In this document: piece after piece, positions 1 to 13,346 of the stretch | Layout: each line of letters begins with the position of its first letter | How positions within the stretch are numbered: position 1 is the stretch's first letter | Assembly (NCBI GenBank): GCA_030141605.1 | Contig: JAQGDQ010000715.1 | Span: forward strand, 44,416 to 108,415 | Origin: Tubiluchus corallicola | Taxonomy: Eukaryota > Animalia > Priapulida | Direction: 5' to 3' | DNA: 64,000 nucleotides | Notes under the pieces: generated by a model | What the model saw: the letters and a program-made list of their open reading frames with translations, nothing else | Databases searched by the model: none | Told to the model about the DNA's origin: nothing | Made by a program: the position numbers and the translations under genes

Positions 1-3000
1 GGTCCCTCAAGCATAACTACAGTCAGCAAAAATTATTCTAGAATTAGTAAACTGACTGGAAATGCTGAATTGGTTGATGAGCTGTAAGGATTGATCTTTG
101 AATCAGTCTGGAAAGGCAAAGCATTGCAGCGGCACGTTGTTTGCCTAGTGTGCTAATAGTCCCGGTAGGGTCCTCAAAAATTGAAGGTAAATGCAGCACT
201 TAGAACTACTGCAGCACCACCACCCCCCACCCCCATCCGCTAGTCAACAAACAAAATCAGTTTATACATGCACTCAGTGAGTCACTGTATTATTGAAAGT
301 AACAACTTTTCTAACAAGCACTAAGTTCAAAATATAAAATACCAAAAAGATGTCAGTTGCAGAGTCTGGTAGTCATTTTCAGTGTGATTGGTAAACAAAC
401 GGCATACAGTTTTTTAGACAAAACTGGCAGCATATGAAAATCACTAATTATGTATTTATATGGCAGCCAAAGATGAAGTGAAACAGATAGAGAGAGAAAG
501 ATGTACAGTAAAACTGTAGCTAGTGTTGAGGATTGACGATGACTTTTTAATTTCTTGCTAAATAAGTTGCTAGTTCTTTAGAAAGTCTGGACCTTTGCTA
601 TGGTAGGCAACATTGCAGCTGTTACACTGAAATCTATAAACAATACCAGATTGCAAGAATGTGGGTATTTTGTATTTAAATGGAAAATAATGCATAATGA
701 ATATGCGGCTGCTTAACCGTATGCCTGATTTTATTTTTCACTTGAAAGGGCTAAGAACCAATGAACAGTAAAGGTAAATAAATTACTTTTATGGGAACAG
801 ACAGTACGGTGATTTTTTTTGAATGAGCTTGCATTTGAACAGTTTTCAAGAGACAGACTCAAAATCAGCGTGCAGACCAATAACTTATAATGCGTATTCT
901 TTCTGAAATTAGATGTAGAGATTCTACCATGGTCATTATGAAGCAGTATTATCTAAAAAACATAAAGAACAATTATTTTCAATATTTCAAGTAAGTTTGA
1001 TGCAATGGGTTTAAACAATTAAAAAACAGGGGTGTGAGGTTTATAGATTTGAACTATGAAAAAATGTCTTCTACATACCGTTTATAAAACACTGGTTTAA
1101 ATTCTTTAAGAGAATTGTTTCACAATAATATTTAACACGTGAGACTTTGTACTTTTTACAGGTTGCGCAACTGGTCTAAATTAAGATTACTAACAAGATT
1201 ACTAACTATTTTTTTATAATACTTTTAAAAGTTTTTTAAACATGCTCTTTCCCATGATCAGGAAGGAATCTACAGCTATTTCCACGAAGAGTATTCGTGC
1301 TCAGTTGTAATGAAGTTGATCATTTATAGCAGTTGAATAAACTGTAGAGATGGTTTTCTAGAAGCTTTGTAGTTCAGTTTTGTAGCGTTTTGTAGTAACA
1401 TGGATCACAGTAGTTGTGTAGTAGACATGCCGACAAACTGGCATATTTGCAGAGAAGTAGTCATGCAGGCTAACAGATGATGACAGCACACAGCACGGTA
1501 AATGCCGTACTTTAGCCACTTTATGCTTAAGAATAAAATCACAGAAAGCCACGAAAAAGAACCAAAGAGCACCTACAACACCTTTGCATTTCACGCAACT
1601 AAAGTTTCACGGTACTAGCACTTCATGATAGTAGCCCGCAATTAAAATACAGTACAATATACAATATAATATTAGTGCATCATGGAGTGCTGTATAACAT
1701 TCTGGTGCTCTGTAGAAAAATTATACAGCACGTTGAAGTTCTTTGCCTATCCTTGTCCTAGTAATGAAACTATTCACCCAATGGCAATGTTGTTCAACAC
1801 AGACATTTCCAGATCAGAACCTAGAAACCAATGAGTCAGACAACATAGTAAAGAATGCGTATGGTTTACATACCCACTAAGATGCTTATAGTAGACGGTT
1901 GAGTAGCTTCCTTGTAACCGGTGTTTTTTAAGCAAAAACAGACTTCTCTCGCAACTTCTGTCTGAGAGTAAAGTTGTAACATGTTAACGGTTTGGAACTT
2001 CTTAACTTTTACATTTGTTTATTTACGCTACCTTTTATGTAAAATGCAAGATAAAATACATGAAAATCATTTCTGAATACCACTCACCTTATTTAGAACA
2101 ATTCTTACCCAAAACAAAAGTTCTAAATAATTTGGTTAGAAATAATAAGAGAAATAGATTAATAAAATTTACTTTAAAACAATTATTGACAACAAGAGAA
2201 AAAAACTGAGGTGAAAATTTACAGTTTTAAATTTAAGCTCACAGTTTTTAATTAAACCGGCTAACTATATTTAGAAAAGAAAATCCAGTGAAAAGTGATA
2301 CATTACAAAAATTCTTAGGATACAGCACAACTAAAGACTGATTTATAAATTGCTGTAAAATTACAATTGAAAGAACATTTTATAAACCACATAAAACAAC
2401 AACAACAGCAGCAATAATAAAAAGTGATTATGATGGTGAGGATGATGATGATGATAATAACAATAGCAACAACGTGAACACAACCAAGAGGTAAATAAAA
2501 CATAGCAGTTTAATGCAAATGGCTTTCTCAAAGGGTGAAGCACTTGTTAGTAATCATAACTTGACAGATTAAAATTGGTTTCGGTCCATTATGTGCCCCT
2601 CTATTGTTGGACCTTTATTCCATTGTGAGAACACAGAAACAATACCATTTCTTTATTAGTTGGAACTGCAATCCATTTTTGGAACTCAGAAGCACGAACA
2701 GATTTTCTCTTTTTCCCGTTTAGCAGGAAAGCCTGAGCAACTGTTGTAACGCAGAGAAACAAAGGAGTTATTGCGACCCCCAGAAACAGAAAATCTAATT
2801 GAAAATTTGAAACTCTCTCGCCTTTGCTATTTGTACATTTCTTCTTATAATGTATTTTTAGCAATTCGGTAATTTTTCTTTAATTTAAATGTGTTTTAAA
2901 ATTAAAATGGGCGTTGTGCTGTTCATTATTACCTTAAAAGCCGCGCTGTCTTTTTAATTATAAATTTTCACTAATTGTTTCTCACGCTGTCCATTGACAG

Positions 3001-4048
3001 ATGGTAAATTCAAATAACGGAGATATTCAAAGTATTCAAAAAATGTAAATGAATTAACAATTTTATTTTACTATCCTAAAAAAGTCTCTCGTTTTCCTCA
3101 ATCGACTCTCAAAGTTTGAAAAATTGCTCCCAAATCCCACATATTAACAAGACACTTTATTCCTTAATGAATCAGGTGTTACCAAGCACAATGAGTCCTC
3201 CACTTCCAATTACTATGCAACAAAACTTAAGAAGAAAGGTTGATAACATTGAAGAAAGTGACGTCTGACTTTTAAGGACACAGCCAAGGTTGCTAAATAA
3301 CTATCCTTTCCCACTGAGGTTATATTTTACACTTAATGCCAACGTTCTCATTTACCCAGGCGTTAATCACTAAAGTAAAATTAAACATTTGTCGGCTTTT
3401 CAAATCAATTGATAAGTTGAATAATTCAAAATTGAGCACCCTTGGTACAACTTTACATGCCCCCAACCTCCTTAAATCAGATAACTTACTCAAGCAGTTG
3501 CTATGATATTCTCTTTTCATGGTTTACGCTGGTGGTCACTGTGACGATTGTTATGGTATTCGCGTGTGATTTAACTGTTTGATTATTAACTCGAAAACTA
3601 TGAACAAGAGAACAAATCTAGTTGACCAAATCATAAGTGACTGTAGTAATGGTTGAAAAGAGGTAGTTGATAATGTTGGGCGAAAATTTGAAAACCAAAC
3701 GACATTTCTTTTGCATGTCCTGGGCTATCCTTTCTCAAAGCCCTATATAGCAAAAAGTTGTTGAAACTTGCCTGGTTGTTAGAGAAGATGGGAATAAGTA
3801 CTTGACAAAACCTGAGAGTAGGATCTTTGAAAGTTTTCATAAATGGAACAGGGCAGCAATTTTGTAGCTTTCACAACGTATCGACTATAACAAATTAGCA
3901 TATGACCTATTGAAATATTGTGAAAAGTCCTATTCACATTAGGGAGAAGATACAGGTCACTGAGGGTGGCAGTGTCGGTGGTCATCATCGTCATCCTTGT
4001 TATGGTTATCATATTTACTATTATTACATGTATAATCACTTATTCTCA

Positions 4049-4402
<354 letters not shown>

Positions 4403-6385
4403 TCTCTGTTGTCCTTGTAATTTGTCCTTAACATTTTACTTTTATTCCCGCTTTTTCATTAACCTTAGTGTCATATATTTAGCTTTGTTTAAGACTAATT
4501 TATTGGGTTCAAAATTTATATCACAACAGCCTTGCTACAAATTTATGCTGAACAAATGTGCTTAGTAATTCTCGCAAGGAGAAAATACAGGTGCAAGTGG
4601 ATTAGTTTGTTATTTGTTAATTTAATTAGCAAGTTTGGACGAGAATTTCAAAGTGAAGGGTTTTTTCTCATCGTTTTTCCATATTCTTCTCTAAGGATCT
4701 TAGCTACTGTCTATTATGCTTGGCAAAACCTGATTCATCGGAAAATTAAGAACGTTTTGAGATGTGGGGCAGGGCAATAGTTTTCCGGTCTCTGGTGACA
4801 AAGTGAAGATAATAGAAGATGATGTAAAAGTTCTAAACGCATTTTTGTTGTTCCAAGTACAGTTGAAATAATAAAAAAATAATCACAACAGCTGACTTGA
4901 AAGTGAGAAAAAAATAATTTTACTAAATCTCTGAGATTTTATTGAGCTTTTAGAAAACTGGCAAGGCATAATTACAGCTTGAGATTAAATAAATTTGTTC
5001 AATTAAAAGGAAGTGGTTATAACTGCGTTATTAAAAAAGTAGGTTATTCCAAGGGATGGCTGACTCATCGAAAGTACCAGAGTTTGTCTATCAAATGTAA
5101 AACAGTCAGATAAACATTGATGCGCTGAACCTTACAATACCTGAAGACAAAGAAGAACTACGTGTCTTATGTTTTTGACAAGAAGGCAGTCAAGCAAATG
5201 AAGCTGTATCAGAAGAGGGGTAACATATCAAATTTATGCTGCTCTAAAATTGCTTTTGCCACTGTATTTTGCAAAATTTAGTTTCTGATTTTTATATTAG
5301 TTTTTGAAAGAACAAAGAGGAGTACAGTAATCGTAATGAGGCTGCATTTAAGTGGACAAGTTCTCTACCTTTTTTCAAACTTTGTCAGTGTAACCGTTGA
5401 CCAGGAATCAGAGGTCATTGGAAGGTCCCAGTTTTTCTAAGTCAACTACTTTAAACTGCATGGGGTTGATTCTACGTACTTTACTTGTCAGCATATGCGA
5501 CAACGCCAAGTAAACAAGGGGCAATATTTTGGCAATAGTTCGACCTCTACTTTACTTTTGAATATTTACGACTTCCAAGTTAGTGCCACTTAACGGTGAA
5601 AGTACAGAAAAACAAATTATTTTATTTAATTTGTTTTTCATTTCATAGCGTTGCATTGATTGCAATTATCATTCTCGTGACTATGGTTCTCAGCAATTTT
5701 GCTCTTTGTGTTCAACTAACGAAATGTCAGGATGTGGCCTTCTTTTTTAAACCTTGTTAAACCTTTTCCAAAACTGGCTAACTCAACCTGACATCTTTTG
5801 GTGGCAACCATGAGGTGTTCAAAAGACTGTGAATGAAACAAAAAAGGTCAGAAATAGCCGGGAAAGATATCTCCTTGTTGCCAACTTGCGAGAGTTTTTC
5901 GAGCTGTTCTTGATTTAGATAATATTTTTTTATTAATAAAAAAAGAACCATGAGCGCAAGATTTAGGTTTATAGGAGCAAATACACTAACGTTTGATCAA
6001 ATGCTGAATTACTAATAGGAATAAGGTTTTTCAACACTGAGATCTTCTCAAGGCTTTCTCATCTTTAGGCTTTTGTTTTGAAAAAGCTCACAAAACTACA
6101 ATCTCAAGCCAAAATGTTGTAATGCGCATTACTCCCATTTCTGCTTGGCCTCTAACTTGGAGTTAACTTTGTTGATCATCTTTGAATGAAACTAACACAG
6201 ACAATTAATATATTTCTTTTGCTGCAAGTGGCTGTATTACAAATAGTGATGGTAATGATGATGATGGCGATGACAGTGACGATGTCATTGGCGATAATGA
6301 TGATGGGTATGACAATAATGATGACGATGATAACGACAACGATTCTAACTTTTTTCAGGTGTTTGATTACAGTAGAGTCATTGCA

Positions 6386-8425
6386 ATGAAGCTTTTACTG
6401 ATCTTATTGATGCCTGTTTTCATAGCAGCTCAGCCAAGTAAGTAAAAATTAGTAAATTCACTGTGTGCTATACTGTGCAACCATCTGAGTTGGGAAAATG
6501 TTGCCATTTGCCACTTTTTACAAAAAGTCACACAAGCAACTCGTATGCATATAGAGGAGTGAATTTATAAGTGACCATTTTTGGTTTTTACCGCGTAAAT
6601 CGAAAGCCCTATGCCTTGAGCTAGTTGCTAGATAGAAAAATAGATAGTGATTGCTTTTTAGCACTTGTACGGATATATATATAAGCTTGCATTCTTTTCC
6701 CGTAACAAAGAGACTTAAATATTTAGGAAATGCCCAGAAGCTCTCACAAACACCGTAGAGTATTGGATGTATTCGTGAGGAGACCTGCAACCTCTAATAT
6801 ACATCACTGGTGCATACATACATCATATTCTGGTGCATTGTAGAATGCTGAATGCACTAGTTTTTAGGGGAGCAGCCTCTAACGTTCAAGTTTGAACGTT
6901 CGAATCGAATACGAACATTCGAATGCAATTCGAACGAGTCTTTTTAGTTAACTCTAAAACTAGACTCGAATAACTCGGCACTTCAACCAACCACATACGC
7001 TCTTTGGCATTAAAGCATTTTAGGCATCATGAAATTAGCATTATTTAGCTGTAATTTCTGTGTACAATTTTTAAAATAATTATTAATATTTTTACTGCAG
7101 AACAAAATCGAACAACACGCATGCATGATTTTTGTAAGGCTAATTATTACTGATGGTTTGAAAACTTGTTGGAAAATCTTTCAGTCTCAATTCGAATTCG
7201 AAACACTGGAATGCTGTTCGATTTGAATTCAAAAGTCAGAAATCGATTCGATTCGAATTCGCTTTCTGGTAGAGCATACTCGCTCCTACTCGTTATGCAC
7301 AATATCATGTTACAGCATCAGAATTCTGTGAATTAGCATATGGTAGAGGCGTTTTAAAAACGTACCATTCAATTAATGAAGACAGCCAAAAGTGATCAGT
7401 GAATAACTATAACTCATGATTTTGGTTATAGATTACCTGACAGCAATGGGTATTAGTGAAGCGCTTATATCATGGTTTTCCCTAAGCAGCCAATTGTTAC
7501 TGACAGGCCTAATTGAGGTAAAACTCTCCACATTTTAATGAATGCAGATGCACAGTCTGGCTTTGCCTGACCTGTAGAATTTTTTGGTGGTCTTCGAATA
7601 GTCATATTTGCACCATGTACTTACTTCCAGTATGGTCTCAAACCCTGAGTCTTTTTTGCAATGGGCGCTGACTAACTACGTAAACTATGAATATAATTTG
7701 GGTGCTTAATAGAAAATAACGTGACATTTTTAGCTTCACTAGAGTCAAGGTTGTGCGGAAGGCAGTGTCCACGGTCAAGAGATGACTCACCTGTGTGCGG
7801 ACAAAATGACAGGACTTATCCAAATGAATGTCGCCTGAACTGTTTTGGTACGTTATTCAATGCAAAATACTGTAAGTTACTGTATCAGTATAATTGATGT
7901 AGTTGTCTAAAGTATGCACAATCTTAGTTCAAGTCCCACTTCTAACCATATTTTTCAAGCTTAGTAGTTAATTTGTTTTACACGCTTTTTGTTTATAACT
8001 GATCAACAGATCTGGAAATTTAATGGTTTATTTGATTGTAGAGGTGAAAAAGAAGTGCGATGGAAAATGTCCTTGTTCTACGCCCGGACTATTTTCATGC
8101 TGGGAGAAATGTGCTTTTTCAGCAGATGACTCACCCGTATGCGGACAAAATGGCAAGACTTATCCAAATGAATGTCACCTGAACTGTATTGGTACGTTAT
8201 TCAATGCAAAATACTGTAAGTTACTGTATCAGTATAACTGATGTAGTTGTCTAAAGTATGCACATCTTAGTTCAAGTCCCACTTCTAACCATATTTTTCA
8301 AGCTTACTAATTAATTTGTTTTACATGCTTTTTGTTTACAATTGATCGACAGACCTAGAAATTTATTGGCTTACTTGACTGTAGAGGTGAAAAAAAAGTG
8401 CGACGGAAGATGTCCTTGTCCCTAG
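6386..8425 (+). CDS. Secreted Kazal-type serine protease inhibitor, paralogue A (118 aa, two 8-Cys Kazal domains as currently encoded)
   Basis: Hand-spliced exons 6386-6437 (signal peptide MKLLLILLMPVFIAAQP), 7734-7847, 8042-8191 and 8385-8425 (TAG). All introns are GT-AG phase 1; total 357 nt. Kazal motifs CxxxCPRSRDDSPVCGQNDRTYPNECRLNC...CDGKCPC and CWEKCAFSADDSPVCGQNGKTYPNECHLNC...CDGRCPC. Confidence 0.85.
6865..7288. mobile_element. Non-autonomous hAT-like DNA transposon (MITE) with subterminal TTCGAA arrays
   Basis: Ends TAGGGGAGC.../...CGCTCCTA; dense TTCGAA/ATTCGA clusters at both subtermini (about 6885-6935 and 7190-7262); flanks CTAGTTTT/CTCGTTAT match 6/8 as a decayed 8-bp TSD. Confidence 0.6.
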
Positions 8426-10305
8426 GTCCCGACCAAAGTCATGCTGGGAGCAATGTCCACGTTCAGCAGAAGACTCACCTGTATGCGGACGGAATGAGTT
8501 GACTTACCCAAATGAATGTCTGCTAAACTGTAATGGTACGTAAGTTATTGAACGCAAAATATTGGCAGACATGTATCAGTTTAACTGAAAAGCAGGTACC
8601 TAAGTGAAACGAAGTAGACAAGATCTTGGTTCAACTCCAAGTGCTAGGAAAATTTTCCAGACTAATCAATTTATTTGTTTTACATGCATTTTTACCTTTG
8701 CCTGGTCAACAGGTCAAAAATTTATTAGTTTGTTTCTTGTAGGTGTGAGAAAGGAGTGTGATGGAAAATGTCCCTGTCCCACAGAATCCCCAGAATCAGA
8801 TCCTTGTATGAAAGACTGCTCTGAAGCTGGAGATGTTCCAATTTGTGGTTGGTGTTCCAAGAGATAAGAGATGTACGATTTATCAAAATGAGTGCGAAAG
8901 AGACGTGTAAGTACGACAGCATAAAGCTGTACATTTAGTGTCTTTTTACTGATAACACATTGAATCAGTTTCTTTTGTGGCGGCACCAAACGATAACCCC
9001 CACGGGATAAAAATCATACGAGGTCTAATATTCTGGTTTCAGAACGTACCATAAGGATTCCATGACTTACAATGTCCACATGTCCCAAGCAAGGTGACTA
9101 TGTACTGATAAACATTTCGTTAAAAAGCCAGTCTTGGAAAACATTCAAAAACGAACACGCCAAAATTGTTGGGGAAAGAAGAGTTTAATAATTGTCAACA
9201 TAATGTTCTCCATCATAACTTAGAGAAATGTAAGAAGACATAACACAAACAGGTATGCTGTAGGTTTATTTCTAGATTGGTTTCCTGACCTCTGTTCAGC
9301 AAAAAAGAGTTACGCAAAGATACTGCCATAAAAACGTAAAGGCATCCAGTTGATGATTCTGTTTATAGGCATTTCCACAGTTAGAATGACATTACCCTAA
9401 AATTTCAATTTGTTTTTTCCATAATTTTTGTGTTTGACTTAGTAAAAGACACATTGAAGTTTCGGGGAAAAGTATTTGTCAGGGTATATGGTTAGTTTTA
9501 GATACTGAATTCGCACTTTGGAATGAGCGTACTTTCATGCTATATTTCATTGGCAAAATCTGTATAATTGACAGATAATGCCAACATAGCTGCATTTTCC
9601 CACGCTCTACAAGCCATGTAAAGTTACTAACCGAAAAGTGAATTTATTTAACTTCTGAGAAAATAAAATCTCCACATTATTTCGAATTTTATTTACATTA
9701 GTTCTTATTTACATTGTCTCTTGACAAAAGTTTTAAAGATTTGTCACAATTTTGTAAGTCAGGATTATCACTGGAAAAACCTTAACGTACTAACCGTAAC
9801 GTTACTAACCATGATTTTCATCTCTAATTTTCAGACAAAGTTATAATGAGTAAAGATATTTGGCTTGAATATTGCCCTTAATGCTAGAAGTGATGAAGAG
9901 GTGTTAATACCTTTGAGGCTTATTACATTTTACGAAACTTTTTATTCAAATATGCGCATTAATTTCTCATGTACGTTTTTTGTAACATTACTAACCAACA
10001 TTAGCTTTCTTCTTTATTATTCCATGAAATGAAAAGTTAATTATAAAAGTACGAGCTTTGTGGTTATTGAGTGGCAAAATGCGACAAGTAGCGGAGAAAA
10101 ACAAACTTCTGCATTTCGGAGATTTCGAGCCAACGTCCAACACTCACGATCAACACTCACCTATTCCTTGTCCTGTTAATAGTAACAATGTCTGATTTGT
10201 GGCATTTCTCTTTTTTGTACATTTAGGGCTGAATGTAAAGCAAAGAGAACGTATCGAAAGGTCTCTATGCTCAACTGTTCGAAGTGCCCGAAACAGGACC
10301 AGTAA
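8426..10305 (+). pseudogene. Decayed 3' part of Kazal paralogue A (domains 3 and 4)
   Basis: Exon 8385-8535 is 151 nt versus 150 nt for its twin: +1 in the CCC run at 8420-8422 gives TAG at 8423, and the shifted frame reads SCWEQCPRSAEDSPVCGRNELTYPNECLLNCN. Exon 8743-8906 has a second frameshift between PICG and DKRCTIYQNECERD. Exon 10227-10305 reads AECKAKRTYRKVSMLNCSKCPKQDQ*. The exon structure mirrors paralogue B. Confidence 0.7.
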
Positions 10306-11007
10306 CATTTCTTAAAGATGAAAGATCGTTAATCCTATCAACTTTTACGGTGATTTTTTTCTCTTGTGTTTTATTTTTATTGTAGGTGTACCGCAACGTA
10401 AATATGTATCTACTAGACAGCAAATTTAATGTAAAATCGGCATAGAATCAGATCAGTTTCAAATCAAAACTAACAACTGATGCCTGAACTGACAAGCAAG
10501 TCGTGGGTTAAGTAAGGCATTAAATTATTTGTATTACTAACTCAGTTAACAGTTGATATGGAGACTGGGTTTTATTCTATGCTCGTTAATCAAGTATTGC
10601 ATGTATGACATTTGTTTGGTTGAATTACTTAGTATTGTACTAAGGGTTAAGTCATCTGGGAATAAATGTATTAATCAAATGAGAATAAATGTTCACTTTT
10701 TTGTGTTCAATAGAATTTGATGCTTGAGAGACATATGATATCATAATTACTAGCAATATGTTAAATAATAAGCATGCTAAAATGAAAGAAGAAAGTGAGA
10801 AAATTACAAAAAAAACGAAAGCGAGTTTCTTTAAAAAAAACCTCAGTTCAATAAAGAAAGTGGAAATCTTAAAGAGATACTTGACATTAGAAAAACAGCA
10901 AATATGAATTTTTTCATCAAATTATTATCCTGTATCTTGTACTGCACTTACACACTGCTGTACAAAACATTTGATGGAAATAATGTAGATAATGATACTG
11001 AAGGTCT

Positions 11008-11053
<46 letters not shown>

Positions 11054-11105
11054 AATGACGATAGATTTCGGTGATGATGATGACGGCGACGACGACGACG
11101 ATGAT
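11008..11105. repeat. (GAT)n/(GAC)n microsatellite
   Basis: Trinucleotide run seen directly. Confidence 0.9.
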
Positions 11106-11184
11106 TATGATGTTGGCAACTAATAACAGTTGTCTCCACTATTTTATACAGTCTAGAACTCTAGAAAGTTCGTTCCAGCACTTA

Positions 11185-11597
11185 ATAGCAAAGGCTAACT
11201 TTATTTCGTGAGTTATCAATAAAACAAAAAGTTAACATGCTAACCACAAGTTATTTATATAACAAATAATCAATTTAGCATAGTAACCGTGAGTAGACAA
11301 CAAAACAATAAATTTAACATGTTAACCAGTAGTTATCAATAAAACAATATATTTGGGTGTTAAACATAAGTTATAAAAAACAAAAAAATTAGCGTGTTAA
11401 CAAAGAGTTATCAATTAAACAATAAATTTAACATGATAATCAAGAGTTATCAATAAAACAATAAATTTAGCGTGATAATCAAGAGTTATCAATAAAACAA
11501 TCAATTTAGCATGAAACCCATGACTTATCAATAAAACAATAAATTTAGCGTGATAGCCACGAGTTACCAATAAAACAATAAATTTAGCATGATAACA
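11185..11597. repeat. 39-bp minisatellite, about 10 degenerate copies
   Basis: Unit AAGAGTTATCAATAAAACAATAAATTTAGCGTGATAATC; period of 39 between 11441 and 11480. Confidence 0.9.
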
Positions 11598-13263
11598 ATA
11601 ATTTTGGCTTATTTAGCACGTTACCTGGATAGACATACCATTCAACAGCAGCATTGTTTCCAGGAATGGCCTGATCTGTAGTAGATTCTGTTTGCTTCCA
11701 CGGAGGCATCTTGGTGGTCTTTTTGATGTGGTTTAAGTCCAGTGTCCAGTACTAGACCATACAGCTTGTGCTTGAGGTTTCTTGTCACAATTGAAAATGG
11801 GCGTCGTTCATCTTCCAGCATAACTCCAGAATCCAGTTCCGCCCCACAGATGACATTAATGACGTCGTAATTCAGTAGCTGTTGAAAAAATACCGTGCCG
11901 TAATTCAATACTGCGCTGATGAGAATTTTTTTCGTGCACAACCATAATTCTTTACCATGCCGTACTGTATCGTAGTGCTTGCTTTCAGCGTAGACTTCCA
12001 GTTTACAGGTTTGTTCTTCTAACCACACTCCAAGTCCTTTATACGTTTGTTGGCTATTTCGTTTTAATTTTTGGATTTTAGAATTCTTGTACCATGATTT
12101 TACAACTATAAAGCTATTCTGACAGAATAAGTACTTTTGTAGTTTTAAAACTTCTTTGCTTGATCTATTTTAAAAGCAAAGCAGGTTAAAGCCCGTTAAA
12201 ACACTGGAGACGGAGTTTGAAATGGATTTCAAAAAAACCTGATTGCTTGTTGAATTTTAGAATTTAATTTAATAAAGAAAAGATGAACTATTATCCATGA
12301 ATCAGTCAGTCTTATCTTATGTATATTATTTCATATTATTATTAGTAGTACGAATTTACATATTTTTCCAAAAAAATTTTATTGTGCATCTTGCAGTTAC
12401 ATTAGATATTACATTTTTCGTGAAAACAAATACAGAGATGGAAAAAATGTCACATTTAGAAAGCTTTTCTCTTGTGTGAGTACTAACATGGCTAGAGAGC
12501 AGGAACGGAAAATTCTTCATTACACATTTGTAATAGAGCTTTTTCGTCTGTGTGCAATCTTTCATGGACTACAACATATAAATACACAAAAAAATGATTT
12601 GCTGCAGCACTCACAACTGTGATGTTTCTCTCTATAAACTACTAATCAAGTAGTTTATTGAAACCTATCTAAGTTGAGAGAAAGAACTCAGAAAATGACG
12701 AAATTTAATAATAGCACGAAATTTATTTATATAGTTGGCCTGAATTTTATATATATATATATATACCTACTACAAAAATGCATTTATCAGCTGTACCGGA
12801 ACGTCTCAGAATTAATAAGTGATCTGCATCTAGACCCCCATAATAATATAATCAGGCTGATATGATACTGAGCGTTTATTTTCTCAAAAACAGCGGGATT
12901 AATGTGTGGAATAATTTGCTGAAAGGAGATCGATTTTTTTAGTTGTATATTGAATTTACTTTGACCAGAATCAGTTACAACTGTGATTCTGAGAGTTCTG
13001 ACCAATCTAAATTCTTGTCTATGGACAAAGATCCAGCTTTTCACAGATGATAGAGTCGATCTCCTCAAACAGTTTCTGACGTCAGCCAAAAATGCACCTT
13101 CAAATGTAGGGTGATATTCTGACATTGGTATAACCTTAAATTTACTTTAATGCAATTTACAACCACTAAAATATTTGTATAAATTGTTCTGCAAATTAAT
13201 CAAGCAATCTATGAGTAAACAGCACACAGCTAAATGACTTAAAGGTCACTTTTAACCTATGAC

Positions 13264-13346
13264 TATATAAGGTAACGTAAAATTATTCCAACAGTATTAA
13301 TTAAGGAACGAAGCATATTTGAGACATACTGCAGCTAGTCGCAAAG
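13264..13346 (+). promoter_or_regulatory. Candidate TATA box and non-coding first exon of Kazal paralogue B
   Basis: TATATAA at 13264-13270 is followed by a strong donor AAG|GTAAGC at 13346/13347. The ATG-bearing exon starts at an acceptor (TTACAG|14773), so an upstream UTR exon is expected. Confidence 0.4.

Noticed and set aside
11185-11597. CRISPR-like regular repeat
   Set aside because: Head-to-tail 39-bp minisatellite with no unique spacers, in eukaryotic DNA with no cas genes.
11642-12028. 128-aa minus-strand ORF
   Set aside because: Chimeric: it spans a hAT-like fragment and a probable decayed retro-element end; no recognisable domain or splice context.
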